Shown in pieces: positions 49,181 through 62,722 of a DNA stretch of 64,000 nucleotides. The stretch covers positions 5,642,001 through 5,706,000 of the forward strand of contig CM035361.1 of the NCBI GenBank assembly GCA_020137815.1. The letters run 5' to 3'. The notes under the pieces were generated by a model. The model had not been told where the DNA came from. It saw only the letters and a program-made list of their open reading frames with translations, and made no database searches. Position numbers and translations under genes: made by a program. Origin of the DNA: Hormiphora californensis. Taxonomy: Eukaryota; Animalia; Ctenophora. The stretch's first letter is position 1; each line of letters begins with the position of its first letter.

Positions 49181-50288
49181 AATCGTTCGTTACGTTGTAT
49201 TTCGTTTCACTTTTGCTTGTCTCAGACACCAAAAGGGCTATTTTCCTCAATAAAATGCAACTCAAATCTGTTTCTAGTTCTCATTTCCATCACACATGAC
49301 CTCCCAGTTACCGCTGAACTGTCTCTCGGGCCTGGCCTGGTCTCATTACTAAATTACAGCTACATTTTTGTCCAATATGAGCTCTTCCCCTCACTAAAAT
49401 GAAACTTAAATCTGCCTCAAATACCAATATTCGACAACATATGATCTCTCAGTCACCAGAGAGCAGTCTCCCCGGCAAAGCACAGTCCAATAGTTAGTTT
49501 AGGGCAGCAATTTTGGCCAAAATCGACCAAAACTTTGGAATTTCGCATTTAATTAAATTTGGAAAACTTTGTACTCTGCCATTGCGTGTTTGATAAAGGA
49601 GCACTAACAAGTCACAGAGCAGAATTCTATTCATTAATCGTTCGTTACGTTGTATTTCGTTTCACTTTTGCTTGTCTCAGACACCAAAAGGGCTATTTTC
49701 CTCAATAAAATGCAACTCAAATCTGTTTCTAGTTCTCATTTCCATCACACATGACCTCCCAGTTACCGCTGAACTGTCTCTCGGGCCTGGCCTGGTCTCA
49801 TTACTAAATTACAGCTACATTTTTGTCCAATATGAGCTCTTCCCCTCACTAAAATGAAACTTAAATCTGCCTCAAATACCAATATTCGACAACATATGAT
49901 CTCTCAGTCACCAGAGAGCAGTCTCCCCGGCAAAGCACAGTCCAATAGTTAGTTTAGGGCAGCAATTTTGGCCAAAATCGACCAAAACTTTGGAATTTCG
50001 CATTTAATTAAATTTGGAAAACTTTGTACTCTGCCATTGCGTGTTTGATAAAGGAGCACTAACAAGTCACAGAGCAGAATTCTATTCATTAATCGTTCGT
50101 TACGTTGTATTTCGTTTCACTTTTGCTTGTCTCAGACACCAAAAGGGCTATTTTCCTCAATAAAATGCAACTCAAATCTGTTTCTAGTTCTCATTTCCAT
50201 CACACATGACCTCCCAGTTACCGCTGAACTGTCTCTCGGGCCTGGCCTGGTCTCATTACTAAATTACAGCTACATTTTTGTCCAATAT
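49181..50288. repeat. 455-bp tandem duplication, ~2.4 copies
   Basis: aatcgttcgttacgttgtat starts at 49181, 49636 and 50091. The copies look identical by eye. Confidence 0.92.
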
Positions 50289-50766
50289 AACCCCCCGCCC
50301 CACCCCCGCCCACCCTCCCCCACCCACCTCTCCCAATATAGCGGACATTGCAAAACACCACACTACAGAGACAATCCTTGTGTTTTGGTGCACTAAGTCG
50401 CTTATCGCCTGTAACAACTAACAAATGTTCTTATCTATCTCATCCGAATTGTCTTCTAGAACATTTCACACTCTACACTGCTACACTGCTACAATCTGCC
50501 CAACCCCTTGTTTGTGTTTGATCGTCTTCGTTTTCGTTTATCTTTATCACTGCATTGGAAATGTTTACACCTCTCATCTCATCACCAACAACATCACGGT
50601 ACCAATCAACCATCAAGGTCGTAAGTTCACCTGTCCGTATTGTTTGTTCATTTATTGTGTACAGTTGATATTGTGAATGTAATTAACTATTCAATAATTA
50701 AGAGTAAGACAAGACATAGCTTGAGAGTGTGCCCTAGACAGACCAACATACGATAAATATCAAACC

Positions 50767-50942
50767 AGACCAAGACCCTCTCAAAGGCAAAACGTTACCT
50801 ACTCGACCAAGACCCTCTCAAAGGCAAAACGTTACCTATTTTCAAGACCAAGAACCTCTCAAAGGCAAAACGTTACCTATTTTGAAGACCAAGACCCTCT
50901 CAAAGGCAAAATGTTACCTACCCGACCAAGATCCTCTCAAAT
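50767..50942. repeat. ~37-bp minisatellite (gaccaagaccctctcaaaggcaaaacgttaccta), ~5 copies
   Basis: Direct observation. Confidence 0.85.
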
Positions 50943-51538
50943 GTTCCAGAAATTTAAACCATGAGTCTCTTTCTCTCCCAGGGGAGAGAAAGGGACTCAG
51001 CGCCATAGTTGCCACATACCCGGGTTGGTATGGAGGTTTGCTGAGCGTATCCCATGGTTTAGTGACAAACAAACAAACAACAAACAAACAAACTCTGGAG
51101 AACTAGAGGGGGTGGAGCAAGGATAAACGATACTGTACCGTTGTTTTTTAAAACGAGGGACGGATTGCAGCACATTACTAATATGAACGATAACAAATGA
51201 TATACAGGTTGAGAAAGCATAAAAGTCAACATCTCTATCTCTCTACTGCACATGTGGTGTCATGTTCTGCGATAAGACAATTAGAAATGTTCATGCTGTA
51301 CATGCCGTAACAGACCAAATATTCTTCTATATAATTTTCCCTGCCCGGTTGGATGCCGTAGGGGCCGGGCGACAAAACTTAATACTTGCAGTTGTATGGA
51401 CGATAGTGTCAGTCTAGGATAACCCGTAAAAAACTGTCTGAATAAGCTTATTCAAACTGTTTTGTGCGGCCTGCCCTAAACTGACACTTATAAAAGTACA
51501 TGAACAGGCAGGTGGACAGTATCAGTAAATATCTATTA

Positions 51539-51710
51539 CAGTCGGACCCCGATTTACCGGGATGCTCGGGGGAAAGGGTTTTGCCCGGTAAATCGGGGTG
51601 CCCGGTATATCGGGGTCAAATACCGTTAATTTCCTATATCGGGGGAATTTTATCCTCCCGGTAAATCGGGGTTCCAGTAAATCGGGGCCCGGTAAATCAG
51701 GGTCCGACTG
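51539..51710. mobile_element. CAGTCGGACCCC MITE (TA TSD)
   Basis: ta|cagtcggaccccgatttaccgg...gggtccgactg|ta. Confidence 0.9.
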
Positions 51711-52119
51711 TATTATTAATATCAGGGGCCATGAAGGTACTACAATTAATGGAGCAACACCTACAACACACTTACCACACAAAACTACAATTTCCAATAC
51801 CCAAGGTGTTGTTTTGAGTCGCCTGACCGAAGGTGTTTCTGCTATTCCACAGTTTTGTTGGATTTTTCTCAAAAAGCTTCGTGCCTCATTTGAACATCAA
51901 CAAGCTGCTCTATAGAATCCGGATCTGTATACCACACGAACTGGGGTCTATTATACAGTCAATAAGTCAGGTTCTATGATCATGTAGTAGTATCAATTGA
52001 CCATCTCGATAAAGACGATACAAAGCTTTCAATACAAGTAGAAGTCAGAAGGTCATCTGCATCGAACATGATCGTGAATGAAAAAAAGCACAGCTGATAG
52101 ATGTGTGTAATGTTGAGAT

Positions 52120-52228
52120 CAGGAACCGACCGACACAAGTAAACAACCAATCAGAACTCGTTATTTAGGTCACGTGACTGGTTATCAGCCAATCAGGGAC
52201 CAGTATTTCCTGGTTCAGCCGGTTCCTG
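52120..52228. mobile_element. 109-bp hAT-like MITE (CAGGAACCG TIR), 8-bp TSD gttgagat
   Basis: gttgagat|caggaaccgaccga...gccggttcctg|gttgagat. Confidence 0.9.
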
Positions 52229-52330
52229 GTTGAGATATGTACGATATGAGACGGTGATAAATTAAAGTAAAAAATTGTTCCAAACACGCTATGCGTAACG
52301 CTTCAGGGAAGCTGTAGAGAGAGAGAGAGA

Positions 52331-52430
<100 letters not shown>

Positions 52431-53936
52431 AGTATCAGCAAAGGATAGAAATGACTGTCTTGAGAGATGTAGAAAAAGATGTAGAAAAAGATAAAAAGAT
52501 AGAAAGTGCAGATCAGAACGTCACGAAATTAATTGCTGTTTAACGATAATATATATCTAAAACGGTGTGTAGCCCTCGCATATCGTTCTGAATTTATTTC
52601 CGGCTTCGGATAATGATCTGTGTTTTGAACTCGTGGATAAAAAGAGCATTATAAAACTTTACAAGAGGGTACTAGGATAATCATACATTCATCATGATAA
52701 TGATATTACTAGGTTCCTTATTCTATGGTTTTACCCCCCCCCCCCCCCCCCCGTGGGGTGCGACCAGAGAGGGCCGATGAAAATCAGATTATTTAAGAAA
52801 TCATTCAAACACGAAATGATATAGGACATGTTCTAAAAACTATTAGGTATAATACAGAGATCGAGAGATCTCATTTAATACATTGATAATGAGGTAGAAT
52901 ATCGTAACATTAGCAAAACTGATTTGTACTTCGATAAGTGCTTATCAGTTTTTGAGTTGCTGCGATTTTTTGTACTATTCGTTATGTACTTGCTAAAATA
53001 TCTAACTTTTTTGAATTTTTTTCTGGAGCTCCAATTCCGGGTTTTTTTCAAAGGACTTTTTCCTATAGAATGGCTTGCCCGCGACCATCTGATCTCTCTC
53101 CACGACCCGAGGAAAATAAGGAACATGCTGTTACTTGCTAGCTGATAAAACTCCCATTTGCATTTTCACTGATTGTGTGGGGATTGTGTGCTTTCTTTAC
53201 ATCATCACGCATGCGAAGTGATGAGTGCAGTAGCACACACCGCTTAAATTCTCTGAGGAAAGCATGAAATTCGTACTGCACAAACGGGGATCCCTCCCGT
53301 TATTTCCTGGGCTTATAATTTTATGGCTTACGACATGTAACGGACACGGACAAATGCATATAGTAGCTGGTGGAAAGGGATTAGGGAAATAAAGATCATT
53401 TTTACTGAACTCAAATATCAATTCAAAAACAGTTTCAAAGCGAAGTAATTTTGATATCTCCTTCTGGTGATCAACACACACACACGCCCTCTGTACAACA
53501 GTTTAATGGGGAATCTCACACATACACGGGCAGAACTCGGTTAAGGAGAGATTAATTAGTATTCTGAATAATGAGTTCAGAGCTAGAATTAAATAGGGAA
53601 GAAAATCGAAAAATACTGGGTTTGACCGGGAATTGAAACAGTTTCGGCAGCTCAATTATTCTGTAGCAGAGGAACATGAGTGAAAAGGGCTACATATAAG
53701 AGTAAGCTATTCTGAGCGATAAATGTAGAGAGGGATTGAGAGGAAAGAGAGAGTTAGAGCGAGAGATAGATGGAGAGAGCGAGAGAGCGATGGAGAGAGC
53801 GATGGAGAGATAGGAAGAGAGACAGAGGAGGATAGAATGAGAGAGAGAGGGGGAGAAGAAAGACATAACGAGTCCTAACACGTGCCCGAGCCACCTCCCG
53901 TTACATCAAGATGCCCAAGCTTTCACTTTTTTCATA

Positions 53937-53983
<47 letters not shown>

Positions 53984-54881
53984 CTTCCCTCTCCACACAC
54001 CCTTCCCTCTCCACACACCAATTGAACTATGAAGCAGCCTGCAGTTGTCCAGTTTCTAACTAAGTCCTGTCTGCAGTTTAATCATTCACGCGATTAGCTC
54101 TCAATCCCAGCTATAACACTTAAGTCCTGCATCTCTCCACAGGTGTAATATTGGTACATCAGTGAAAACGAGCTATGCACTTCATGCAGGGACAGATTAC
54201 AATATCAAAATGGAAAACTATATTGATAGACTCAACTGTCTTTGGATAAAATACAAAGGTTTTAAAACATGAACAAAAACTGAGGAATTAGGGCAAAAAT
54301 GAAGAGTACTTGCTCCAGAAATTCAGCCTGCTAAGTACCACTGTTATTGAGTCGCTTGACACTGTTTCCGTGAACAATTCAACACTGTTATTGTATAGGC
54401 TGCATACTGTATATGTTATGGTATGGTCTATGCACCAAAATATGGCCGTGCAATGTATATAACGAACCAAGTTATAATTGTATTATGAGGTGCAGCTACG
54501 GAGAAATACAGTCCCCATGAAGGCCATGATACTCCGATGCATATTTTACAATAAAGTTGGCCAATACAAGCATAATTCTGAAGAATTGAAGAAATAAAAC
54601 ACATTTCTGGCGAACAAGTTTTTTAAGAGGTGCCCTGGCGTGAATCAAGCATTTTGAGTGAGGTGATAAGCACATGTTGAATATAATATGGCGGATGGCC
54701 CTTATCTTTACATTTTATACAGGGAATCTGACTCAACTTTGGAAAACTTCATTTCTTTCTTAAAAGAAAAATATATAATTTTGTTTCATGAATCCTTGTA
54801 ATGTTTTAATCCTCATTTCTAAGACCCTCTTTTACATTTTCGTGGAGATAGAGGGTCGAACAAGGCAAATGAATCCTATAT

Positions 54882-55220
54882 TAGTGTCTGACGGTGTATA
54901 AGGTCCAAATGAGGCACGAAGCTTTTCTGAATCAGCTTTTCAAGACGAATCCAACGCAACCGGAATTAGCTTTCTATCTTATCGGGAAGGTTCGGTTCAC
55001 TCACGCTCATTTTTAGTCATTTTTGCCGCGCGAGCCAATCAGAAGCCAGAATTTCGAAATCCAGCCCTCTGATTGGCTCGCACGGCTAAAAATGAAAAAA
55101 AGTGAACCACACCTTCCCGATAAGATAGAAAGCTAATTCCGGTTGCGTTGGATTCGTCTTCAAAAGCTGATTCAGAAAAACTCCGTGCCTCATTTGGACC
55201 TTACACACCGTCAGACACTA
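54882..55220. mobile_element. hAT-like hairpin MITE, 8-bp TSD tcctatat
   Basis: tcctatat|tagtgtctgacggtgt ... acaccgtcagacacta|tcctatat. Arms are complementary almost to the centre. Confidence 0.9.
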
Positions 55221-55294
55221 TCCTATATTCGAAAAGTCTATGATCAGATGATCTGGGTCACTCTACAAACAGACTAACAAACTTCAAAGTCCGT

Positions 55295-55413
<119 letters not shown>

Positions 55414-55521
55414 GCTCTTCACAAGCAGTTCCTTCACGGGTCGCTGCCTGTAAAAGGGACTGAGTGTAATTGAATTTGTCTCGACCTGGAAAGCCTGCAC
55501 AAGCAAGGGCGGGGGATGAAC

Positions 55522-57406
55522 AATGATGATCTTCCAAAACCTCACAAAACGAAACAAGGAAAATGATGATCTACCAAAACCTCACAAAACGAAACAAGGA
55601 AAATGATGATCTTCCAAAACCTCACAAAACGAAACAAGGAAAATGATGATCTTCCAAAACCTCAAAAAACGAAACAAGGAAAATGATGATCTTCCAAAAC
55701 CTCACAAAACGAAACAAGGAAAATGATGATCTTCCAAAACCTCACAAAACGAAACAAGGAAAATGATGATCTTCCAAAACCTCACAAAACGAAACAAGGA
55801 AAATGATGATCTTCCAAAACCTCACAAAACGAAACAAGGAAAATGATGATCTTCCAAAACCTCACAAAACGAAACAAGGAAAATGATGATCTTCCAAAAC
55901 CTCACAAAACGAAACAAGGAAAATGATGATCTTCCAAAACCTCACAAAACGAAACAAGGAAAATGATGATCTTCCAAAACCTCACAAAACGAAACAAGGA
56001 AAATGATGATCTTCCAAAACCTCACAAAACGAAACAAGGAAAATGATGATCTTCCAAAACCTCACAAAACGAAACAAGGAAAATGATGATCTTCCAAAAC
56101 CTCACAAAACGAAACAAGGAAAATGATGATCTTCCAAAACCTCACAAAACGAAACAAGGAAAATGATGATCTTCCAAAACCTCACAAAACGAAACAAGGA
56201 AAATGATGATCTTCCAAAACCTCACAAAACGAAACAAGGAAAATGATGATCTTCCAAAACCTCAAAAAACGAAACAAGGAAAATGATGATCTTCCAAAAC
56301 CTCACAAAACGAAACAAGGAAAATGATGATCTTCCAAAACCTCACAAAACGAAACAAGGAAAATGATGATCTTCCAAAACCTCATAAAACGAAACAAGGA
56401 AAATGATGATCTTCCAAAACCTCATAAAACGAAACAAGGAAAATGATGATCTTCCAAAACCTCACAAAACGAAACAAGGAAAATGATGATCTTCCAAAAC
56501 CTCACAAAACGAAACAAGGAAAATGATGATCTTCCAAAACCTCACAAAACGAAACAAGGAAAATGATGATCTTCCAAAACCTCACAAAACGAAACAAGGA
56601 AAATGATGATCTTCCAAAACCTCACAAAACGAAACAAGGAAAATGATGATCTTCCAAAACCTCACAAAACGAAACAAGGAAAATGATGATCTTCCAAAAC
56701 CTCACAAAACGAAACAAGGAAAATGATGATCTTCCAAAACCTCACAAAACGAAACAAGGAAAATGATGATCTTCCAAAACCTCACAAAACGAAACAAGGA
56801 AAATGATGATCTTCCAAAACCTCACAAAACGAAACAAGGAAAATGATGATCTTCCAAAACCTCACAAAACGAAACAAGGAAAATGATGATCTTCCAAAAC
56901 CTCACAAAACGAAACAAGGAAAATGATGATCTTCCAAAACCTCACAAAACGAAACAAGGAAAATGATGATCTTCCAAAACCTCACAAAACGAAACAAGGA
57001 AAATGATGATCTTTCAAAACCTCACAAAACGAAACAAGGAAAATGATGATCTTCCAAAACCTCACAAAACGAAACAAGGAAAATTATGATCTTCCAAAAC
57101 CTCACAAAACGAAACAAGGAAAATGATGATCTTCCAAAACCTCACAAAACGAAACAAGGAAAATGATGATCTTCCAAAACCTCACAAAACGAAACAAGGA
57201 AAATGATGATCTTCCAAAACCTCACAAAACGAAACAAGGAAAATGATGATCTTCCAAAACCTCACAAAACGAAACAAGGAAAATGATGATCTTCCAAAAC
57301 CTCACAAAACGAAACAAGGAAAATGATGATCTTCCAAAACCTCACAAAACGAAACAAGGAAAATGATGATCTTCCAAAACCTCACAAAACGAAACAAGGA
57401 AAATGA
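55522..57406. repeat. 40-bp minisatellite, ~47 highly homogeneous copies
   Basis: Unit aaatgatgatcttccaaaacctcacaaaacgaaacaagga, with rare single-base variants. Confidence 0.97.
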
Positions 57407-57563
57407 GCGCTAAAACAAAAAAGTAGTGCGGTAGGCTGGTGCATAAAGCTGTGCAAAGGTCGGCCTTTGGTTGATGTTAGTGTTAGTGTTATTCTTCACA
57501 GGTTGTACCTTTGATAGGTAGAGAGAGAGAGAGAGAGATGGAGATTGGAGAAAGAGAGAGAGA

Positions 57564-57595
<32 letters not shown>

Positions 57596-57731
57596 TAAAG
57601 AGAGAGAGTTACTTTGTAACTTCCGGGTCTGAAGGTTCATCCCTGCAAATTGATAGTACCACTACCGCCTACTGAATCGCAATTGCAGCCTAGAGCCATG
57701 GTATGTCAGCCCCTAGAAACACCTATGTGGC

Positions 57732-58003
57732 GATTCAAAAAGGACGTCCAGGGGTAGGCCCTACTACCTCCCCCTCCCCCTAACCGGTAGGTAGCCGATT
57801 TTGGACATCTCTGGGCAAAGGGGAGGGGGGTTGACGCAATTCCCAGGTTTTGAAGAAAAATTTTACTGATTTTACTAAATATAGGTGGACGAAACTCGGA
57901 CAGGGGAGAGGGAGGGGTCTGGCAGATTGGGACAGGCCTGGACAGGGGGAGGGAGGGGGGGGGGTAAAAAATGGCCAAAAATCATGGATGTCCTTTTTGA
58001 ATC
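57732..58003. mobile_element. MITE-like element with gattcaaaaaggac.tcca TIRs
   Basis: gattcaaaaaggacgtcca at the left end and tggatgtcctttttgaatc at the right end. Confidence 0.65.
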
Positions 58004-58367
58004 TATAAGGATTGTTGCTAGGCCTGTTGGCACGTACCATATGGGTCAAGTCTCCCCTACAGGGTATAGCGCGACGTGCCCAAGGTAGCCTGTCTTTTCC
58101 ACAATACATGAATGATCAACGACGCGACAACACGGTATGAGATCCAACAGACTGGGAACATGTCAAATATGAGACCATTTCTATATCACCTGATACTGTT
58201 CTGTTAATTATTCAAAACATTCACATTCCATAAGTAGTTAATTACTTCACATTCTTTAGTTATCTTTAACATAATATGAAGTAATATTAATATATGCGAT
58301 TATATCACACTAAGATATCACTGCAGTCGGTCAATGGGGAGATGTAGTCATATAATGGTGTCCTATA

Positions 58368-58421
<54 letters not shown>

Positions 58422-59054
58422 GATTGGATTGGATTGGACAACTATTTTGAAACACAAAACAATGTCACGCCCGAAAACGAAACATAATAAACAATTAATA
58501 TTGCACCCCATGCCGGAAGTGTCTTTAAATAGTGTTCGTCTAAATCGATATCTGGTGACTGGCTTGTAGGGTATGATGTTAATATTAGGTATAGGGAGAG
58601 GAGTAGGTCCTCAAGGAATAATAATAGATGAATCTGAAAATCCTAAAAAGCTGAAAGGGGGGCCGATACTTGGGTTGGCACTATGGCGTCCAAGTACCGG
58701 TGTAGGGGCGGTGGGAGGGAGTAAAGGTTAGGGTTAGGGGATGGGGACTTCTGTGTTAAATAAATGAAAAAGTGACAACACCCCGCGTCCATGGACGCGA
58801 GAAAGAAAAAACCTATAAACCTAGAAAATCACAGATAAAAAAGAAAAGGGGGAAGAAACAGAGGGGAAGAGAAGAACACAAAAAGGGGACTGCAGCACAC
58901 GGATCAGCACACAACTCAGCACATGTAAATGTTAACACGGTAAGACAAACAGCAATAAAAACGAGTAGAACAGATACATATATAGGCTGAGAGCTGGTGA
59001 TGGGGTATGAAGCAGGTCCACCTTAAGAAAGTCAGAGAAAAAGTCTGAGATCAT

Positions 59055-60870
59055 TTTTAGTATTAATATATTGGCTTGAAACATCTTGAAATTGCGAGTG
59101 TTACTATACCCCTTGGGGTAGCTGTATGGAGTCCACTAGGGACCGGAAGTGAAGGTTAACTAGAAAGTCAAGGGTGAAGGTCAGCAGTCAGCTAAGATTC
59201 ACTTCGTATAACTCGACTCAAAAACTCATAAAATTCAAAAAAGTTCAAAAAAGTTCAAAAAAGTACAAAAACCGATCGGATTAAGTATCCAAACAGATGT
59301 TACTATTGGTCCATGTATCCTGATCACCCCGAGATTGTTTTTCAAGCAACCATTTACCAACCCTCTTTTTAAATGAAGGATGGCCGATGAACGGCTTAAT
59401 ATCAGGATTGTTGATGGCAATGTTCCAAAAACGAGGTGCAGCGAAAATGAAGTTACCATTAAGAACTTTTATACGGCCTTTGGGGATAAGAGCCCTATTA
59501 GAGAAGGTAGAGAAACTGGTCAGACCATCATTCCCAACAATACTTTGGTTGTGAACAGCAGTAATGCAGCTCTTGTGGTAAAGATTGTGAACAGAGAGTA
59601 GATTATTCGAACCAAAAGTGTCCTTGGTATGTGAGAATACATGTACGGGTCCTCGTGGAAGCTTAAAAATGGTTCTTAGTGCTTGTTTTTGAGCACGAAA
59701 AATTGGCAGGAGTTTGAAGGAACTTCCGCCTGAACCCCAAACACTGAGATCATAGAGAATGTGCGATTGTATAAACGCACAGTATACTGGTTTGAAGAAG
59801 GACTCAGGTATGGATTTAGACATAACTCTTAAACATCCAATACTACTCGAAAGCTTCAGGGATACTGATTCTATGTGATTGGACCACGATAGAGTGGAGC
59901 TGATAATAACACCAAGAAATTTGATTTTATCTACTGCCTCAACCAATGTACCAGACATATAGAGGTTGGGGTAATGAGATGGGGAAGAACGGAGTGATTT
60001 GAAATATAAAAGTTTTGACTTGGACGAGTTGAGATGTAAAATGTTTTGAAAGAAATAGTTTTCAAGTGCAGATGTTATGGCTTGAAGACGCATGTGAAGC
60101 TCAGCGGGACTGGTTGCTGTAACAAAGATGTTAGTGTCATCCGCATAGAGTATAAAAAGTACATAATCAGATGTGATGGTGTTCACAATATCATTAATAT
60201 AAATTATAAACAAAAGGGGACCTAAAACAGATCCTTGTGGAACACCTGTGGATATCGGGAGAAGTGCAGAGTTAGTATTACTGATAGACACATATTGTGA
60301 TCTATCAGAAAGATAGCTCCTAAAGATTTCAAGTGCTGAGCCTCTGACACCCATGTGCTCGAGTTTAGATAGTAATATGCGATGGTTAATGGTGTCAAAA
60401 GCTTTTGACAGATCGATAAAAAGACCAGCACAATGGGATTTGTTATCAAGAGAGTTAATTACAGAGGTTACAGCAGTATTGAGCGCCTGATCAGTAGAAT
60501 GTCCCTTCCTAAATCCAAACTGGTTCTTATAGAGCATTGGCTCCACAAAAGAGTAGAGTCTTCTGTGGAGACATTTTTCAAATAATTTTGCAAAGGTTGG
60601 AAGAATGGAGATAGGTCGGTAATTTTTGACACAGTTGCGGGGCCCATTTTTGTGGAGTGGTATTACTCTCGCTATCTTTAGCTGTGTCGGGAAAACGGAG
60701 TCCCTAATACAAAGGTTGAAGAGCTCAGAGAGGTCAGGGGAAAGAAGAAAGATGAACTGCTTGAGCAGCCTGGGGGATAGTTCTGAAGATTTATTTGGGT
60801 CAAGAGAACGAATTAAGTCGGAAATCTCAGTGGGAGAAATAGGATCAAGGAAAATAGATTTAGAATTGGA
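59055..60870 (-). mobile_element. CR1/L2-clade LINE ORF2 reverse transcriptase plus 3' UTR
   Basis: Open frame from ~60870 (..KIARVIPLHK..NYRPISILPTFAKLFEK) through QFGFRKGHST, FIDLSKAFDT, GVPQGSVLGPLLFIIYIND, LYADDT and IKFLGV to the stop at 59281. Confidence 0.95.
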
Positions 60871-60884
60871 TCTCTCTCTCTCTC

Positions 60885-62394
60885 ACCTGAGTCAATTATC
60901 GGTATAGCGTGCAAAGAGATACGCAGTAACACGGGTGTTGAGGTAAAACCTAGCGATATTCAGATAGCTCATAGGAATGGTGATGGCAAGAAGAATAGTG
61001 ATGGTAGGGTACTTAGATCTGGTGTAGTTTCTGGTGGTAATAACTCCACCAATTCTTCTGGTAATGTCCCCTCTATCACTGTCCGATTCCAAAACCTCAT
61101 GAAAAAGGACCAAGTCTCTGCCAAAATACGTAATCACGGTAAAGGTACCAAAATTACTCAGTCTTTAACCCCATATCTTCGTGGTGTTAAAAGGGCGATT
61201 GGCGAGGCAGTTAAAACCAAGCGTCCTCATCTTTCTGTGCGTTTTATCCATCTGAAATCTGCTACAGCAGGTTTAGCGGTGAAACTAGTAGCTAAGGATA
61301 ACCCTGGTGAAAAAACTACCTGGGAACACTATACTGGAATATGGTGTGTCCAGGATTTTGTCGATCAATTGAAATAGTTATCAGTATGATCCTCCTAATT
61401 ATTTATGCATATTTATTCCATATATATATATTTACTGATTTCATTGCTACCCTACTAGTTCCACCTTATACACATATATATTGATATATTATATTTCATA
61501 GCTACCATATTTGTACCATCTACCCGTTTAGTTTACCCGTTTAGTTTATGTTTTACATATACAATATAGCATTTGTATGACATAAAGTTTTCGGCCCTCC
61601 ATTCCTATAATGTAGTAATATCCATCATATAATATAGTTATTAGTTACCCTTTATGTAATATAGTTACCCATTTCCCCGGTTCGTACTGAAACTTCTAAC
61701 CTTTTGTCTCCATGGTCATTATCCGTGACCATTGCAACATATGTGACAAACCTATATACACACACCAATTTATTGTTTATTGCAACCTTGAAAATCACAT
61801 CTACCATTCTAAATGTCTGAAAATTGACAATTCTACAAGTATTGATATTCTTTCTTCCCCCTCCTCTGAAGACTGGTGGTGCAGTCTCTGTCTATCCGAC
61901 ATCTTACCGTTCTATAACTATCTGGTACAAAGTGAAAATTGTACTCCTATCAAGTGTGGTTCGTGTCAACAATTCATCAGTCCTTACAAGCACACATCTA
62001 TCAATTGTGACAATTGTGGGAATGTGAATCATTCATCTTGTACCAATAACTCTCTCTGCATTCATTGTGATACCTCATCGGATGAAAATGTTTCAACTTC
62101 TCTTGACACACGGATTTTCAACCCTTTCTCTGATCTTCTCACCTCCCGTCATGGGCCACAGGAGGATCACACTAGTTTGCATGCTTCCATAGTCAGTAAC
62201 ATTCTTCAGAATTGTAACTATATTAATGGTAATAATCTGACTACTCCTGTGTGTAACTTTTCTGCGATGTTTCTTAACATTGACGGGGTTAAATCCAATT
62301 TTGATGAATTTGATGAATTTGTTACCTCTCAATCTCATGGGTCGAATTGTGATTTTTATGCTCTCTGTGAGACTAACATCAAGCCTCTCTGGAT

Positions 62395-62395
<1 letters not shown>
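60885..62395 (+). mobile_element. LINE 5' segment: ORF1 C-terminal part (to 61377) and ORF2 N-terminus (PHD-type fingers plus start of AP endonuclease, 61712-~62395)
   Basis: ORF1-type motifs DIQIAHR, PSITVRF and ITQSLT. ORF2 has CNIC..C..HSKC..WWCSLC..LPF, then FLNIDGVKSNFD..ALCETN, cut by (GA)n. Confidence 0.8.
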
Positions 62396-62425
<30 letters not shown>

Positions 62426-62525
62426 TAGAGAGATAGAGATAGAGAGAGATAGAGCACGATATAGAGAACGATGATCTAGTCTATGAGATCGATTCTCTAC
62501 TCTCGCTCTCTCTCGCTCCTTCTCG

Positions 62526-62561
<36 letters not shown>

Positions 62562-62582
62562 CTCTCTCTCCTCTCTTCTCTC

Positions 62583-62618
<36 letters not shown>

Positions 62619-62722
62619 GCTCTCTCTCTCTCTTCCTCTCTCTCTCTCCTCTCGCTTCTCTCGCTCGCTCTGTTTTTCACTTTCCCTAAAATTAACATAC
62701 GTTAATTTAATTAATTATCATA

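Noticed and set aside
55522-57406. CRISPR-like regular repeat
   Set aside because: Units are contiguous with no unique spacers, there are no cas genes, and the context is eukaryotic.
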